NCBI RefSeq assembly: GCF_009914755.1
Contig: NC_060947.1
Source of the DNA: the human T2T-CHM13v2.0 reference genome, Homo sapiens
Length of the DNA stretch: 64,000 nucleotides
Strand: one strand, 5' to 3'
A model generated the notes under the pieces. That model was not told the DNA's origin. It saw only the letters and a program-made list of their open reading frames with translations, and did no database searches. Both the position numbers and the translations under genes were made by a program. The stretch's first letter is position 1, and every line of letters starts with the position of its first letter. Of this stretch, positions 30,800-49,673 are shown piece after piece.

Positions 30800-31680
30800 T
30801 GAGAATATTTAAATAAAAATACAAAAATCCTTTGGAGTTTATATTCTACTGGGTAATGATAGATAACTAAACAAATGATATAATATCAAGCAGTGATTCA
30901 TGTTATGAGGACAAGTTGACTAGGATAAAAGAATAAAGTGCGGGGGTGATATATTAAGTACAGCAGTCTGGGAGGTTTTCAGAACATTTGAGCAGAGACA
31001 GGCTGTGGTCATATTTGTGTTTTAAAAAGTAAATACATACTATGGAAAAATAATTAGGTGATAATGGTGGAAACAATTTTCTGGTCAGGAGATGATGGTG
31101 TCATGGAATAGAAATGATGCTGAGTTAGAACAGGTGGATAGCAGTGGAAGCGCTAAGAAAGAGTGGTATTCTAGATATATTTTGAGCATAGAGGGAACAG
31201 AATTTGCTAACAAATTGGAAATGAGTCATGAGAGAAAGAGAGGACTTAAGGATGATTTCAAAGTTGTTGATTGGAGCAACTTGAAACATAGAGCTGCCAT
31301 TTACTATAATAGAATGAAGGATACAAAGAATAGCCTGCTTGTCACTGGGGAAATGGGAATGCAGTGGAAATGGAGAGTTCGGGTTTGGACATTAGGTTAA
31401 GGTAGCTATTGGTCATTCAAGCAGAAAGATTAGAAATGAAGATTAGAATATGATAAGCATTAGTCTGGAGTTAGGGCCAATGTTGTTTATTAAGTATTCA
31501 TTAATTCACTCAACCAATAATTATTGAGCACCTCTGCTCTTATAGGCTCCGGAGATTCAGAAATTTACAAGACCAAGTCCCTTTCCTCAGAGCTCACATT
31601 CTGGTAGGGGAAGACAGCCCATATACAAATAAATATATTGTAAAATATAAAGGTAGTGATAAGTGTTATGACAGGGAAAA
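30800..31680 (-). mobile_element. L2 relics
   Basis: gaacatttgagcagagac, tctagatatattttga, ggagagttcgggtttggacatt, attattgagcacct. Confidence 0.6.
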
Positions 31681-33184
31681 TGAAACTGTGCTTGACACAG
31701 TTATGTGGATTTAAATCACATAATGAATGCAAGGAGATACTGGTATTATTCCCAATTTACAGTTGGGAAAAGCAAGCCTCTCACATGCCAAGTAGTAAGT
31801 CAAGGCTTAATGAATAAATGAGTTAATATTTTAACGTATCGAACTGTATAGGACTACCAAGGCTTCACTCCAAAGATACTGGCATGGATCATTCTATTTT
31901 GTCCCCAAGCCACCATACCAAGTTACCCATCTGTCTTGATCCTGAAAAGTAGTCACTAAACAGAAAATGGGCAACAAAATACTGTGAACACCCGAGGTTC
32001 CTAAAAGTACATGAGGTTTGAAATACAGCAAAGGAAACCATGAACGGGAAAATTTTAATAGCCCTTTAAATTTGAAAAGACTTTCAGTTTACAAAGCTTT
32101 TGCACTTATATACAAATTTTCCTGAATTACATAGACCAGAGTATAAAACATGGGTGCATTCACCATTTCATTGGTCTTTATAGTAACAACCTCTACAAAT
32201 TGCCAACTTAGGATGGCCTCTTCTCCTGATCTGGAAGCCCTGCAAAGAATACCACTTTGCTCCCTATACATGCCCACCTCTGGTGGCTCCACATACATTT
32301 TCACAAGGGCTGCCATTTCCCTCAAAAATTATTGCTGAGATAAATGAACTGGAGCCCTCAAGGTGCAAATCTGCAGAGTTCTGTGACAAAGTGGGGGTGA
32401 TCATCTCTTTATTTTTGGTGTCATAATCAAAGCCCCAGAGCAAATTATCTTGGGTCTCAACATATTACAGGTTATTTAGTGAAATATCTATGTCAGATAT
32501 TTTGTTCACAATTCTCTATTTTCTTTGGACCCAGGCATAAGTCTGTTGGCAGTGGTGGGGGTAGAGCAACATCCTTTCCCTTGGCATCGTGTTCCTAAAC
32601 AGAAGAACCTATGCTAGAGCAATACGCACAGCCTTTCTCCACAGGAGGAGGCATGTCTTCATTTAGTTCAATACATGCTACTTCTCTTTTTAGGACAAGC
32701 CTACAGTGAGGAAGCACATAGTCTTAGTTCCACACACCACGAGTTTCTCAGGTGCAGGTCTTCATTGGAGGAGATGCACCACATTTGTTCAGTGGTGCTT
32801 ATGACTAGGTAAGTCTAGCTAATTGTGGGATGTAGAATTAGGAGAGTCACGTTTTCCTGCACAGCTGAAACATATTCTCCAAACCCAGCTGTTTTTAGTA
32901 ATAAAGATGCTAGTGTTGATCTCCATCTGTCTGACTCGGTTAATTGCAAACTCAGGTGAAAAGAACAGTGCCATGTATTGGGCCCACTGAATCCCACAAA
33001 GTCTGTGGGGACTAGGCTAAAGAGAGTTTTCACTGACAGACTGTCCTCAAAACCATTCCCTAGATGCCACTGTATTTTTTTCACTTGCCTAAGGTTAGCA
33101 GTCTAGATCTCTTCCTTAGGGGAATTAAATTATAATGATATTTTTAACTTTGGGTTCAGTCCTTCATTTCTTCCCTCCTCCTTT

Positions 33185-33550
33185 CCTTCAACAAGTGTTT
33201 AGTGATGGCTTTTCTTTTCCAGGCACTGTCCTGACCTCTGACAATGCAACAGTGAGCAAGACAGAAATAGCACCTCTCCTCATAAAGCTTACAGTCTAGT
33301 AGCCCAACAAACGTAATTGAAATGGTCACCTGAGTGTTAGAGTGTATAATATCAACAAGCGCTGTGAGGGTCTTGGACTCTGATACAGTCTGAGGGATCA
33401 AGGAAGCCTCCCTTGTGAAAACGATGCTTGAGCTGAGATCTAAAGAATGAGTTGAAGTTAACTAGACAGAAAGATGGGGTATGAGAAACAGTGTATTTTA
33501 AACAAGGGCAAAGGAATAAGCAAAGGCCTGATGGTAGTAAGGAGGGAGTA
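33185..33550 (-). mobile_element. L2 3' relic
   Basis: ccttcaacaagtgtttagtga, ccaggcactgtcct, agcttacagtctagt, gagctgagatctaaagaatgag. Confidence 0.65.
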
Positions 33551-33720
33551 TCAAAGTTTGTATCCACCCATCACTTTCGTCCTCTCAACCAGCCTTTCTA
33601 CAATTTAGCTTGGATTCTCCTTTTACACATGAATATATTGAGGCACAAATGGTTACTAGCTGCATGACCTTGGATAAGTAGTAGAACTAAAATGTAAAGC
33701 CAACATTCAGTGCTTCTAAG

Positions 33721-34055
33721 GTAGTACTTCTCCATTGGAGGCTAATCCCTCACACTCTACCCTCCCTAGGCACATTTGGCAATATCTGGAGACATTTTTA
33801 GTAGGAGGGATGAACTACTGCCATCTAGTGGGTAGAGGCCAGGCCTGCTGTTAAGCATTCCGCAGTGCACAGGACAGGGGTCCACATGAAATGATTATCT
33901 GGCCCGAAATATCTTTTTCTTCAGCTTTTGGAGATTTGTTTTCAATTTATTTCTTAACTTTTTATTCCGGCCACATATATGTTTATGTATGTGTATATGT
34001 ATATTTGATATAATCATTTCAAAAATTTAAATAGTGCCAAAGTTGAGAAACCCCA
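33721..34055 (+). mobile_element. MER20 hAT-type MITE interrupted by a ~115-bp insert
   Basis: cacatttggcaatatctggagacattttt, gccatctagtgggtagaggccagg, ttatctggcccgaaat, then aatagtgccaaagttgagaaaccc after a gap. Confidence 0.8.
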
Positions 34056-35059
34056 CACCAAGCTCCTAATCTTCCCACAGTTCTGCCTCATTACCTGGAG
34101 GCTTCTCAGTCCCTCATGCAAATGGACTTCTGGCCAATCAGCTCTAATTAGCCATTTTTATTCAGTAGTGGAAATGGATTAGATTTAAGCAGGGACCTCT
34201 GCTACTTTGCAATTATCTCAATGATCTTCACCAGCTTTGTATTATCCCTTAGCCTCATAGATGAGGAAATAGAGGTTAAATTACATGCCTTGGGTTTCAG
34301 AATCCAAAGCAACAGAGTAATTGAGTCCAGCTCTTCTCAAATTGATATTGTTTTCTCTTCATATCGTGGCCCTTTTGAGGATACATGCTTGCTCTCAGCC
34401 TTCTCAAGTACAACTGGCAAAGGCTGGAGATGCAGGTCTGGATCGGAGCTGCAGGAGTGCTGTGAAGAGTTTGTCAAACTTAATGGCCGCATTATTTTTT
34501 TAGGAGCTTGAAAATCAGCCTAGTGTTATTCAGCTTGAATTCTTCTCTTGCTAGGCTCAAGGCACATCAGACACACAATCTGCTGTTTGTGTAGAAAATA
34601 TGTCAGGAGAGAAAAAGATAGCACCCACATGCGAGCATCTGCTGGAAAAATTCATTTTACCATTAACCATACAATTGAGTGAGAAAAACATCTGTGCCTG
34701 CTATTGCAGATGTAATCATAAAACCCAAATGTAGCAATGAAACAAAGCGGAAGAGGGGCAGAGGATGAGGAACTAGAGAAACACATGACTTTAGTGTCAG
34801 GAAGGGATGGCTCTGTGGCTCTGTTGCTGTACTGAATACTCTCACCTCCACCTTTCAAATATGACACCATCCTTAGGGAACAACACAATTGTAAGCAGGC
34901 AAATTATGCATGAGACATAGCATCTTAAACTCAAACCAGCAAGGCGGCTCCGAGAGAGCTATAAACAAGGCAGAGGAATCCCAGAGACTGCAAATTAACA
35001 GCAAAAAAACCATCTAAATAGATGTTGGCAGCATTTCAGTATTAAGGCTGACTTAGAAT

Positions 35060-35210
35060 TGTGGAACTGGAGAATGCAGAAAATGTCAAAGCCCTCAGAG
35101 ATCAACTAGTTTAATTCCCAGTTTTACTCATAAGGAAACCAAAGCCCAGAGAGGGATGTGACTGCCCAAGGTCACACAGCTAGTTAGTGGCAGATGATTC
35201 CAGACAGTTC
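35060..35210 (-). mobile_element. MIR
   Basis: ttttactcataaggaaaccaaagcccagagagggatgtgactgcccaaggtcacacagctagttagtggcag, the MIR core. Confidence 0.85.
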
Positions 35211-35899
35211 CTGGGGAACACAACTTGTTTTTCAGACTGATAAGAGGAAGAACTTTCACAAAACTTTTCAAGTATCCGGGAGCATCAGCTTGAGAGCATA
35301 ATTGTATTACAGTGATATAAAGGTAGACTTTGACTCTGGAAGCCAAAAGCCAATGGTGATTACCCAGCTTTGTTCAACCTGCTGAGGTATAATTCTGCTG
35401 CTCAAGGTGGAATAGAAACACCTATGAGATGTCAGCAAATGACACTGTACATCTGCTTTGAAAACAAATCTCAAATGTAAATGTGGTTCTGCTTCAGTTG
35501 TGTTTCCAGTTTCAAAGCAGCATACAACTTTGATCTGAAAGTGGGAAGAAGGAAATCCGACAAGGTCTAAGGCACCCCATTTCACACTCTCGTCGGTCAG
35601 TTTGCATGGTCCAGTGAAGGAGCCTGCATCCACGGAGCCAGGAAGACTAGCATTGGCTTCTGGTTCTGCCTAGGACTAGCTGTATGACTTTGGGACGAAG
35701 GCCACTGGGCTTGAGCCCTCCATAGCCTTTTCATCATGGAAAAATGGAATAAGGAGAAGCAAAAGTAGAGGATAAAATGGAGAAATGTATGGTAAGAGAT
35801 GGGGGTAAGAAACAGGGCTACCCTCTCTCCCTGCTCATGCCCTCAACTGACAGCATAACTAGCAGCATGTTGTGGAGCCCAGACAATGTCCCTTTTCAA

Positions 35900-36770
<871 letters not shown>

Positions 36771-36989
36771 ACTTTTGGCTTGTGGGCAGACCTAGACCTA
36801 CACTTCAAAGACAATGCAAAGGAAGACACAAGTTTACAAACACATTTGCTCTGATTCCAGCTCAGTGAAGCTCAACTCATGAGGTCTGACTGTCTAGGAC
36901 ATCACAGTTTTTCCCAGGGGAGAAGGAGGGTGAAATAACAAGAGACTACTTAGGATAGTTAATTATAACAGGCACACAAGATTGGGGCA

Positions 36990-37545
36990 ATCCTCGTCTC
37001 TACTTTATAAGCATCACATTACTAATCCTTCTAAACAACCCTGTGAAATCACAATTAATGCGATCCCCATGCTTTAAAGTGAAGCATTGAGAGGTCACTT
37101 ACTTATCTAAGGTCATGTAGAGCTGGAGGACCTGGAGTCTGAAACTAGACTCTATGATGCCAGAGCTATGCTTTGAATCACTGTTTCTATTTATCTTTGT
37201 AGCTCCATTACTGTTATCTGCACAGTGCTCTGTAATGGTTCTCAACTAAAACAACCTACTACTATTCTCTTCCCTCCCAGCTGTTGAGGGCTAACTAATA
37301 AAAATAGTTAATATTTGTTGAGCACTAAAGCGCATAGGCTCTTTACATACATTAGTTCATTCAATTCTCACAACAGCTCCAAATAAGTTTTGTACTATTA
37401 TCATCTCCATTTTACTGATGCAGAAACTCAGTCTCAGATCCTTTAAGTAACTCTCTCTAGATCATACAGCTATTAAATGACAGAGCCAGGATCTCAAGCC
37501 AAAATTGCCTGCCACTACATTCCCTGCTCTTAACTACTACAACGT
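36990..37545 (-). mobile_element. Two MIR relics (~36990-37190 and ~37300-37545)
   Basis: acaaccctgtga, aaggtcatgtag, ccattttactgatgcagaaactcag, gatcatacagctattaaatgacagagccagga. Confidence 0.7.
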
Positions 37546-37557
37546 GCCACCTTCTAG

Positions 37558-37857
<300 letters not shown>

Positions 37858-38269
37858 TCACCTTCTAGACTTTAAGGTAGATTATCCCTGCATGGTTGCA
37901 GGGGGTGAGGTAAAGACACTGGTAAGTCGCTAATGTGCCTTCACACCCAAGAAGATTCCCTGGATCTATGTCTATGTTTATCACTTAAAGCTAGGGGTTG
38001 GGAAAATGAGCAATTCAGAAGTTCCCACAGCTGACTTAGAATTTCCATGGAATTGCCTGTCTTCAGAGGATCAAAGGCTTCCGTATTACAAAGTGGCACC
38101 ACTTGCTCTATTCTGCTTGGAACTTCAGGAAGAACAGTATATGCAAAATGATTCATTTTGATAAGCTGTTATGGATTAACCTAACAACAAATAAATTATT
38201 CAATTATTCAGAATTATCCTAATAATACTTTTATGTTTAATCTTTATGATCTTCAATATGGTTTCACCA

Positions 38270-38435
38270 GTGCTCTCTCATTTGGTTTTCACAACCTTGT
38301 ACAATAAGCAGAGAAGATGCTATTATCCCCATTTGACTGATGAAGAAACTGAAAATTAAATGGAGGTAAGTGACTTGTCAGGTTTACAGAGCTAGTATGC
38401 AGTGGAGCTGAGATTGAGCCCCAGGTCTTTTGACG
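38270..38435 (-). mobile_element. MIR
   Basis: tattatccccatttgactgatgaagaaactga...aagtgacttgtcagg...gagcccaggtct. Confidence 0.75.
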
Positions 38436-39776
38436 GCTCGCTAATAATTTTCAAATCAAAAGCCACTAATGTTACAATCATTGTGCCTTAATATTTCAGG
38501 TTATTCAGATGCAGACTGTAACAACACCAAGATCTCAAAATATTTTCTTTAATAATTATTTTCCTAAATTATGAGCATCCTAGTATCACTATCTGGACCA
38601 CTGGGATAGAAACAGCTGCACCTATGGCCTTTCAAGTGAAATCACTTTAGCAGGCTTTTAAGACAGACTGGGCCAAAGGAAAAGATTACTGAAAGGAAGG
38701 AAGGAACATGTTACCTTGAAGGGTAATCAATTATGCGAATGGTTTCACTGCCTGTTATACCATGGATTATGCTTTCATTTTTCATATTAATGTTCTTTAT
38801 GTTTTTCAATTAGTCACAGCAAATTACCTGTCCTTCGCCTTGGCAAGAGCAGCTCAGTGGGCCTCCGTGGAGTATTTTCCAAGTTTTGTCCGGTGAATTC
38901 TTGCTTTAATTCTCCTTAAGCATTAACATGTAATGTTTTTTCAAATGCAGATTTGACACTATCTCATTCATGTAGGAAATTACCTATTAAATAAGGAGTT
39001 TGAGGAATCTTCCTTTTTTTATTTTGCAATGGTGCATTATAAAAATAATTTAACTTAAATATAAAAAAGAATTGAAACATTAAAGAAAATTAAAATTTAT
39101 TCAATACTTCTTAGTCATTCTAACAGAGAGAGCTTATGGCATGAATCATATAAAAGAGCAAATTCTCCAAAATCCATTTCCCTCTGCCCAGCCCTGGCAA
39201 AGTGCCTGCCCTCCCGCCCCCGGCACTCCATCCCATGGCCCCCATATTTCTCATCCCACAACACCTAACCAGCTGCATTTTAATGCTCTGTTTATAGTCA
39301 GTCCTTGCCCCCTTCCCCTAATAACACAGGAACAATGTCTTCATCAGAAGTGAATCCCTAGATCTTGGCACACTATATGGCACAGAAGTAGGTGCTTAGG
39401 AAGTGATAGATGAATGAAGCCATTTGCCTTTGGAAAACACTAGTGCATCCATTTTAGCTATGGTCATATCTCACAAATTAGGATTTTTCTCTGGCTGTAG
39501 TTTAAGCATTATGTTGCTTTCCCATAATCCTCTCTGGTAAGGGAAACCAAATAACTTCTCCGCCCTTGAGGACCCCACAGTCTAACAGAGCTCTGTCTAA
39601 TGTTAACGTTTCTGAAGGCCTCGTGGTAGACTCCATTCCGAGTGCTTTGTCAGCAGTTGCCATATTCCCTTTTTCTTTCATGTGTGCCATTGTCCTTAAG
39701 ATTAGAAAGCTCTCTCAAACACTATAAGGTTGGTGTCTCAGAGGACAAATACGTTGGTCCATGGGCTACTAATGTC

Positions 39777-43964
<4,188 letters not shown>

Positions 43965-45184
43965 CTTTTGAAAAACTTCTGAATATGGGAGAGGGTAGGC
44001 TTCTTCTTCCTCAAATATCTTAGTTTTATTTTATTATTGTTATTTTGTTGTTGTTGTTTGGAGGAGGAGCACTATGAAAACTTCGACTCACGATTATATT
44101 TCTGCTTTTCACCAAAGGACAATTTAAATGCTTTTACATTCAAATTCTTTTCCTAGTGTCATTTAATGACTTTGGGGAGGCAGAGAGAGAGAGCCTCTGA
44201 GGACTCTCTGAGTCTCTGTAAAGAACTATAAGTTATTATTAAACCACTATCTCCACTGTGGTAGTTCTTTTTTTCTAGTAATAATTATTTCAGTAACTAG
44301 GGTGAGAGTTGTAAAAAGGTGGTATTATTACTTCAAACTTTAGGTTAACTTAGCCCTACAGATGACATAAAATATATTTGAAAACATCTCTAATTTCTGT
44401 ACATCGTGCAAGTAAATGAATACAAAAAAATTTCATTGAGTCAGTGATTTCTTGACTTGAGACACAGCTAAACTACAAAAGATCTGAAAAGCAGAGTATG
44501 AGATCTCTTTCCAGAGAAGGCTTTGTGTGATACTCACTATTGGTGGGGTAGCATCTAGAAGCCATCAGAGGAATAGTAGATTGAAGACTTGTAAGAAGCT
44601 TGAGAGATTGCCTGATTTTCTTGGCTTTGGTACAATATATAATCCAGCAAGGATTAGTGGTTATTTTCCTTTTTCTGGAGCTTTCCAAGAAACTGATATG
44701 CCACATAACCTTCAGTTACCATTCTGGCAATTTATTACAACAACAAGCCAAAAGTTCCTTCCTATAACTGAACAGCTTTCTTGCTTTGATGTAAGTACAG
44801 TTCCTTGTATTGTGTATTTGCTACAAAGAGAATAACTAATCTCTATTCTCTTTTTAGAAATTTTTCATGCCTTTCAAAACCATGAATAAGATGACTCCAA
44901 TCCTCATAATCTTCAGACTAAACAAAGCCTAATTTATTTTATGCTCAGTCTCTTATTTTTCTTTCTTTAATTTTCTTTAAGGACCCAAATAGGAACAGCC
45001 CTAGAACCTACTTTCTCTGTTCCTAGTCCTCAGAACTACTGAAGACTGATACAAACTGAATCTTTCACCAAAAAGTCATTATGTCATATCCACAATTGCT
45101 CATGGTAATTACCTAGTAAAATAAACAAAACAAAACAAAACGAAAACCAAAAAACGGGTATACAAAGAATCCTAAAGAGAGAAG

Positions 45185-45223
45185 GTGTATGTGTGTGTAT
45201 GTGTGTGTGTGTGTGTGTGTGTG
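45185..45223. repeat. (TG)n microsatellite
   Basis: Directly visible. Confidence 0.95.
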
Positions 45224-46283
45224 TTTCATTAAGGGTTAGAATTAAGTAGACATGCAAAGTTTGTGGCATTAACTCTAAAGTGAACAATTGAAAAATGGAT
45301 GATAAATTAAGGGCAACTAATTTAGAGATAACATTGATAATAAAAAAAATTGGGTTTTCAAATTCCTAGAGAAAGGCAAATGACTATCAGTAAGAATTCC
45401 TACCAGGCAGAAGGTTCAATAGTATAAGGCAGATGTGAAAGAGTGGAGAAAAGGGAACGAGGTTCATATTTTGTTAGATGTTGGCTAAGTCTGTTAACCT
45501 ATATTATCCTATGATAAACACCTCTTAGAGTGGCACCCCAACTTACAATTCTCAATCTGAGAATGGCCTCAATATGCATAGGTGAATAGGCAACAAGTGG
45601 TCATGTTTATAGTATGGGATCTTGGTCTCTTGGCCATGTTTGTTGATCCAGGGGTGGGCACAGGATCCTAACCAGGTAAATGAGATTCTTTGTCTCATGA
45701 ATTTAAAATCTAGAACAAAAAGGCACAGTGCATTGTATGTGGTACAGTGTCAAGTCCCTATTTCATTCTGCCTTGCTCATCTAATGTGAGCTGTTTACAT
45801 GTCTCTCATTAGATACTAATTTCCTTGAAGGCAGGATCTTTGTCATATATCTCTCTATAGGATAACAGAGAAAGTTTTTGACATTGATGTAAGTGTTCAT
45901 TATCTTAATTATGGTGATGATCTCATATGTGTATACATATGTCAAAAATCATCAACTTTTGTACTTTAAGTGTGTACATAAGTTAAATCTCAATAAACTT
46001 GTACAAAATTCTATGGAATCCCAGAAAAAGTAGTAACAAATTATCCCAGCTGGTATGAATATGAGTGAGATTTGTTTCAGAGGAGAAAATTGTATGGTTT
46101 TGCAGTTAGCTTTGTGCTAACACATTATCGGGCTGTTTTTTAAGAAAGAAATACCATTGATTGTATCAATAGTGGAACACCTAACTCAGGGATGGTTAAT
46201 CTGATTGAATAACAAGCTAGACCAATCAAATTATTTCCAGCTAGAAACTGAATAAATATTAAGAAAATCTTCTTGTTGGTAGC

Positions 46284-46915
46284 TGTCTTAGTCTGCCTGG
46301 GTTGTTATTACAAAAAATACCATCAACTGTGTGTCTTATAAATAACAGAAATTTATTTCTCACAGTTTTGGAGGCTGGGAAGTCAAAGACCAACATGCTG
46401 GCAGATTTGGTGTCTGGTAAGGGCTCATTTCTCATTGAATGCACCTTCTCACTGCATCTTCACATGGTGGAAGGGGCAAACATGCTCTCTCAGTTCTCCT
46501 TTGTAAGGTCACTAATTCAATTCAGGAGGACTCTACTCTCATGACTCAATCACCTCCCAAAGGCCCCACCTCTTTTTTTTTTTTCTTTTTGTGATGGAGT
46601 CTTGCTCTGTCACCCAGGCTGGAGTGCAGTGGCGTGATCTTGGCTCACTGCAGCCTCCGCCTCCAGGTTCAAGCGATTCTCCTGCCTCAGCCCCCCAAGT
46701 AGCTGGGACTACAGGCATGTGCCACCATGCCCAGCTAATTTTTGTATTTTTAATAGAGACGGGATTTCACCATGTTGGCCAGGATGGTCTCGATCTCCTA
46801 ACCTTGTGACTTGCCCACCTTGGCCTCCCAAGGCCCCACCTCTTAATGCCATCACCTTGGGATGCAGGTTTCAACATATGAATTCTGGAGGGATACAAAC
46901 ATTCAGATTCTAGCA
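46284..46915 (-). mobile_element. MLT1A-like MaLR LTR split by an Alu
   Basis: tgtcttagtctg...aacagaaatttatttctcacagttttggaggctgggaagtc...acaaacattcagattctagca. Confidence 0.85.
46573..46831 (-). mobile_element. 5'-truncated Alu (AluSc-like)
   Basis: Ends at ttggcctccca, flanked by duplicated AAGGCCCCACCTCTT. Confidence 0.93.
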
Positions 46916-47394
46916 GTAGCAGAAGGAAATATTGGGAAGTGAAGAGAGAGAAGCCAAGATACTGTGAGAGAAAGTGCAGCTTGACTAGTAACACCTTGGT
47001 ATCCCAGAGAAACAGCACCAGAGCAGAGTTACTATGGCAAAGTACAACAACTCCATGATTTAGGGTAACTTGAGTGAAACTGTCACTTTCTAATTAAAAT
47101 TATTCCAACTTGGTTTATACTATTAAGATATCTACATGGGTCCTGATGGATTCTGATGACATTTCTCTATCTTGCCTTTCCCACTTCTTGCCAAATCTGA
47201 ACATTTATTCAGCAACAGCAAACATACTGGAGGCTTGCAGAATCAAGGGAATCTGCCCTAAGAGATGCTGCACATCACTAGTTTCAAACAAGTTGTTTTA
47301 GATGATTTTTCAAACAGATGTTTTAAACTTACCTATTTGGATATGAAATGGTTTTGTTCCTATCTGGTGTGACGGAGGGAGGTTAAAGAGGATG

Positions 47395-47831
47395 TGTCAG
47401 ATATTCTCTGTTTGCCCATCTAGATACATCCTCTACCTTTCTCTAGCTTGTTTTAATCTCTGGAAGACTGACTTATTGGGCAGCCGATCCAGGCCCTTAT
47501 CCTCTGGCTCTTATTTGGGTTTCGTTATGGGGACCTCTGGCAAAATACTGGAGAGTCAGCAGTGGCTATTGTCGGGCAGTGGCTATATTTCTCTACCTAA
47601 AGCCACTAAGCCTGTGTGAAGGCCTGTTTTATTCAGCTCTCACTTCATTCCGGTAATGGTTGCCTCCCATTTTCCCTTTAGACCTAGGGGTGATAATAGT
47701 TTTCAAGGCTTCCACCATGGATAATTCTATCCTTATTGGTTACCTTTGCCTTTATATAGTTCCTTTCCTAACCTCTCTTAATAAATACTCTTTTCAAATG
47801 TGCCATATATTTCTAGTGGGATCCTGACACA
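47395..47831. mobile_element. LTR33-like old ERVL LTR
   Basis: The minus strand begins tgtgtcaggatcccactagaaatatatggcacatttgaaaagag, similar to LTR33 as I recall it. Confidence 0.55.
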
Positions 47832-47840
47832 AGGGCTTAA

Positions 47841-48210
<370 letters not shown>

Positions 48211-48883
48211 TTTCCTTAAAATTTCTAAGTGACTGTAAGAGCCAACATGCACCTCCTATTCTAGACACAAGGATCCTACTTGCCTTTGTATCTTTCACTC
48301 CTAACATAGTGCCTGGCACAGAAATGGGGCTTAACAAAAGTGTGCTGAAATAATTTTGTAAATGAATAAATTAGTTTGAATTTATTTGCCCTCTGAAATT
48401 AACGCTTGCATAAAGGGTTTCTGATATTTTATATGAACCATTAGAATTTGTGACAAAAACCAACTGTGTATAACCTCAGTAGTAATTTAAAGAATGCAAA
48501 TTAAGACAGCAATAATATATAACGTTTTACACATATTAAATTAGCAAATTTAAACCAAAACAACAAATGCCTATATTCTAATAAAGCTATATGCTTACAT
48601 ACTGCTGGTAGCGGTATAAATTGTCATAGCCCATTTGAAAAATAATATGGCAAAATATATCAAGAGTCATAAAAATGACCCAATAATTTCACTCTTGGGG
48701 ATTTATCCTAAGGAAATAATTGAGAAGAAACAAAATGCCATGTGCACAGAGATGCTCAATGAAGCATTATTTGCAACAGCAACACTGGAAATAACCAAAA
48801 ATGCCCAATAATGGAGAACTGGTTAAGCACATTTCTGTACATCAAACAGATGGAACCCTCTTCCTCTCATCAAAACATGCTTT

Positions 48884-49189
48884 CTGTAATCCCAGCACTT
48901 TGGGAGGCCAAGGCAGGTGGATCATGAGGTCAGGAGAGCAAGACCATCCTGGCTAACACAGTGATACCCCGTCTCTACTAAAAATGCAAAAAAAATAGCC
49001 CGGCATGGTGGCAGGCGCCTGTAGTCCCAGCTACTAGGGAGGCTGAGGCAGGAGAATGACGTGAATCCTAGAGAGGTGGAGCTTGCAGTGAGCCAAGATC
49101 TTGCCACTGCACTCCAGCCTGGGTGACTGAGCAAGACTCTGTCTCAAAAATAAATAAATAAATAAAAATAAAAAAATAAAAAATAAAAT
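48884..49189 (+). mobile_element. AluY-like element, 5'-truncated by ~22 nt
   Basis: Starts ctgtaatcccagc. TSD AAAACATG(C/A)TTTCT at 48872-48885 and 49190-49203. Confidence 0.93.
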
Positions 49190-49271
49190 AAAACATGATT
49201 TCTACAATGGCGACCACAAAAAAACTTTCAGATATTAAAATAAATGGTGAAGAGCAAAAATTGAAAGAGGC

Positions 49272-49673
49272 TGTTATGGACTGAAATGTGCCCGTAACCC
49301 AAAATGCACGTGTTGAAATTCTAACCCCGAGTACCTTTTTAAAGACCTAATCTCTTAGGTCCTAAGAGTCTTTAAAAGGAGATTAGGTCTTTAAAAAGGT
49401 AATAAGGTAAAATGAGGTCTTAAGGGTGAGCCCTAATCCTATATGACTGGTGTCCTTCTAAGAAGAGGAGATGTAGGCACAGAGCGACACAAGACACAGG
49501 TACACTCAGAGGAATGAACATGTTAAGACACAGCAAGAAGGCAACCAGCTACAAGCCAAGGAGAAAACAACCCAAACCTGCCAACACCTTCATCTCAGAC
49601 TTGCAGCCTCTAAAACTGTGAGAACATAAATCTCTGTATTATTTTGTTATGGCAGCCCTAGCAAACCAATATA
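49272..49673 (+). mobile_element. MLT1B-like MaLR solo LTR
   Basis: tgttatggactgaaatgtg...gcagccctagcaaaccaatata, with a perfect 5-bp TSD GAGGC (49267-49271, 49674-49678). Confidence 0.9.
49332..49401. repeat. Perfect 23-bp inverted repeat with a 24-bp spacer
   Basis: TACCTTTTTAAAGACCTAATCTC (49332-49354) is the exact reverse complement of GAGATTAGGTCTTTAAAAAGGTA (49379-49401). Confidence 0.97.

Noticed and set aside
35495-35570. Possible plus-strand coding exon (ttccag then FKAAYNFDLKVGRRKSDKV*)
   Set aside because: Weak pyrimidine tract, no recognisable homology and no partner exons.
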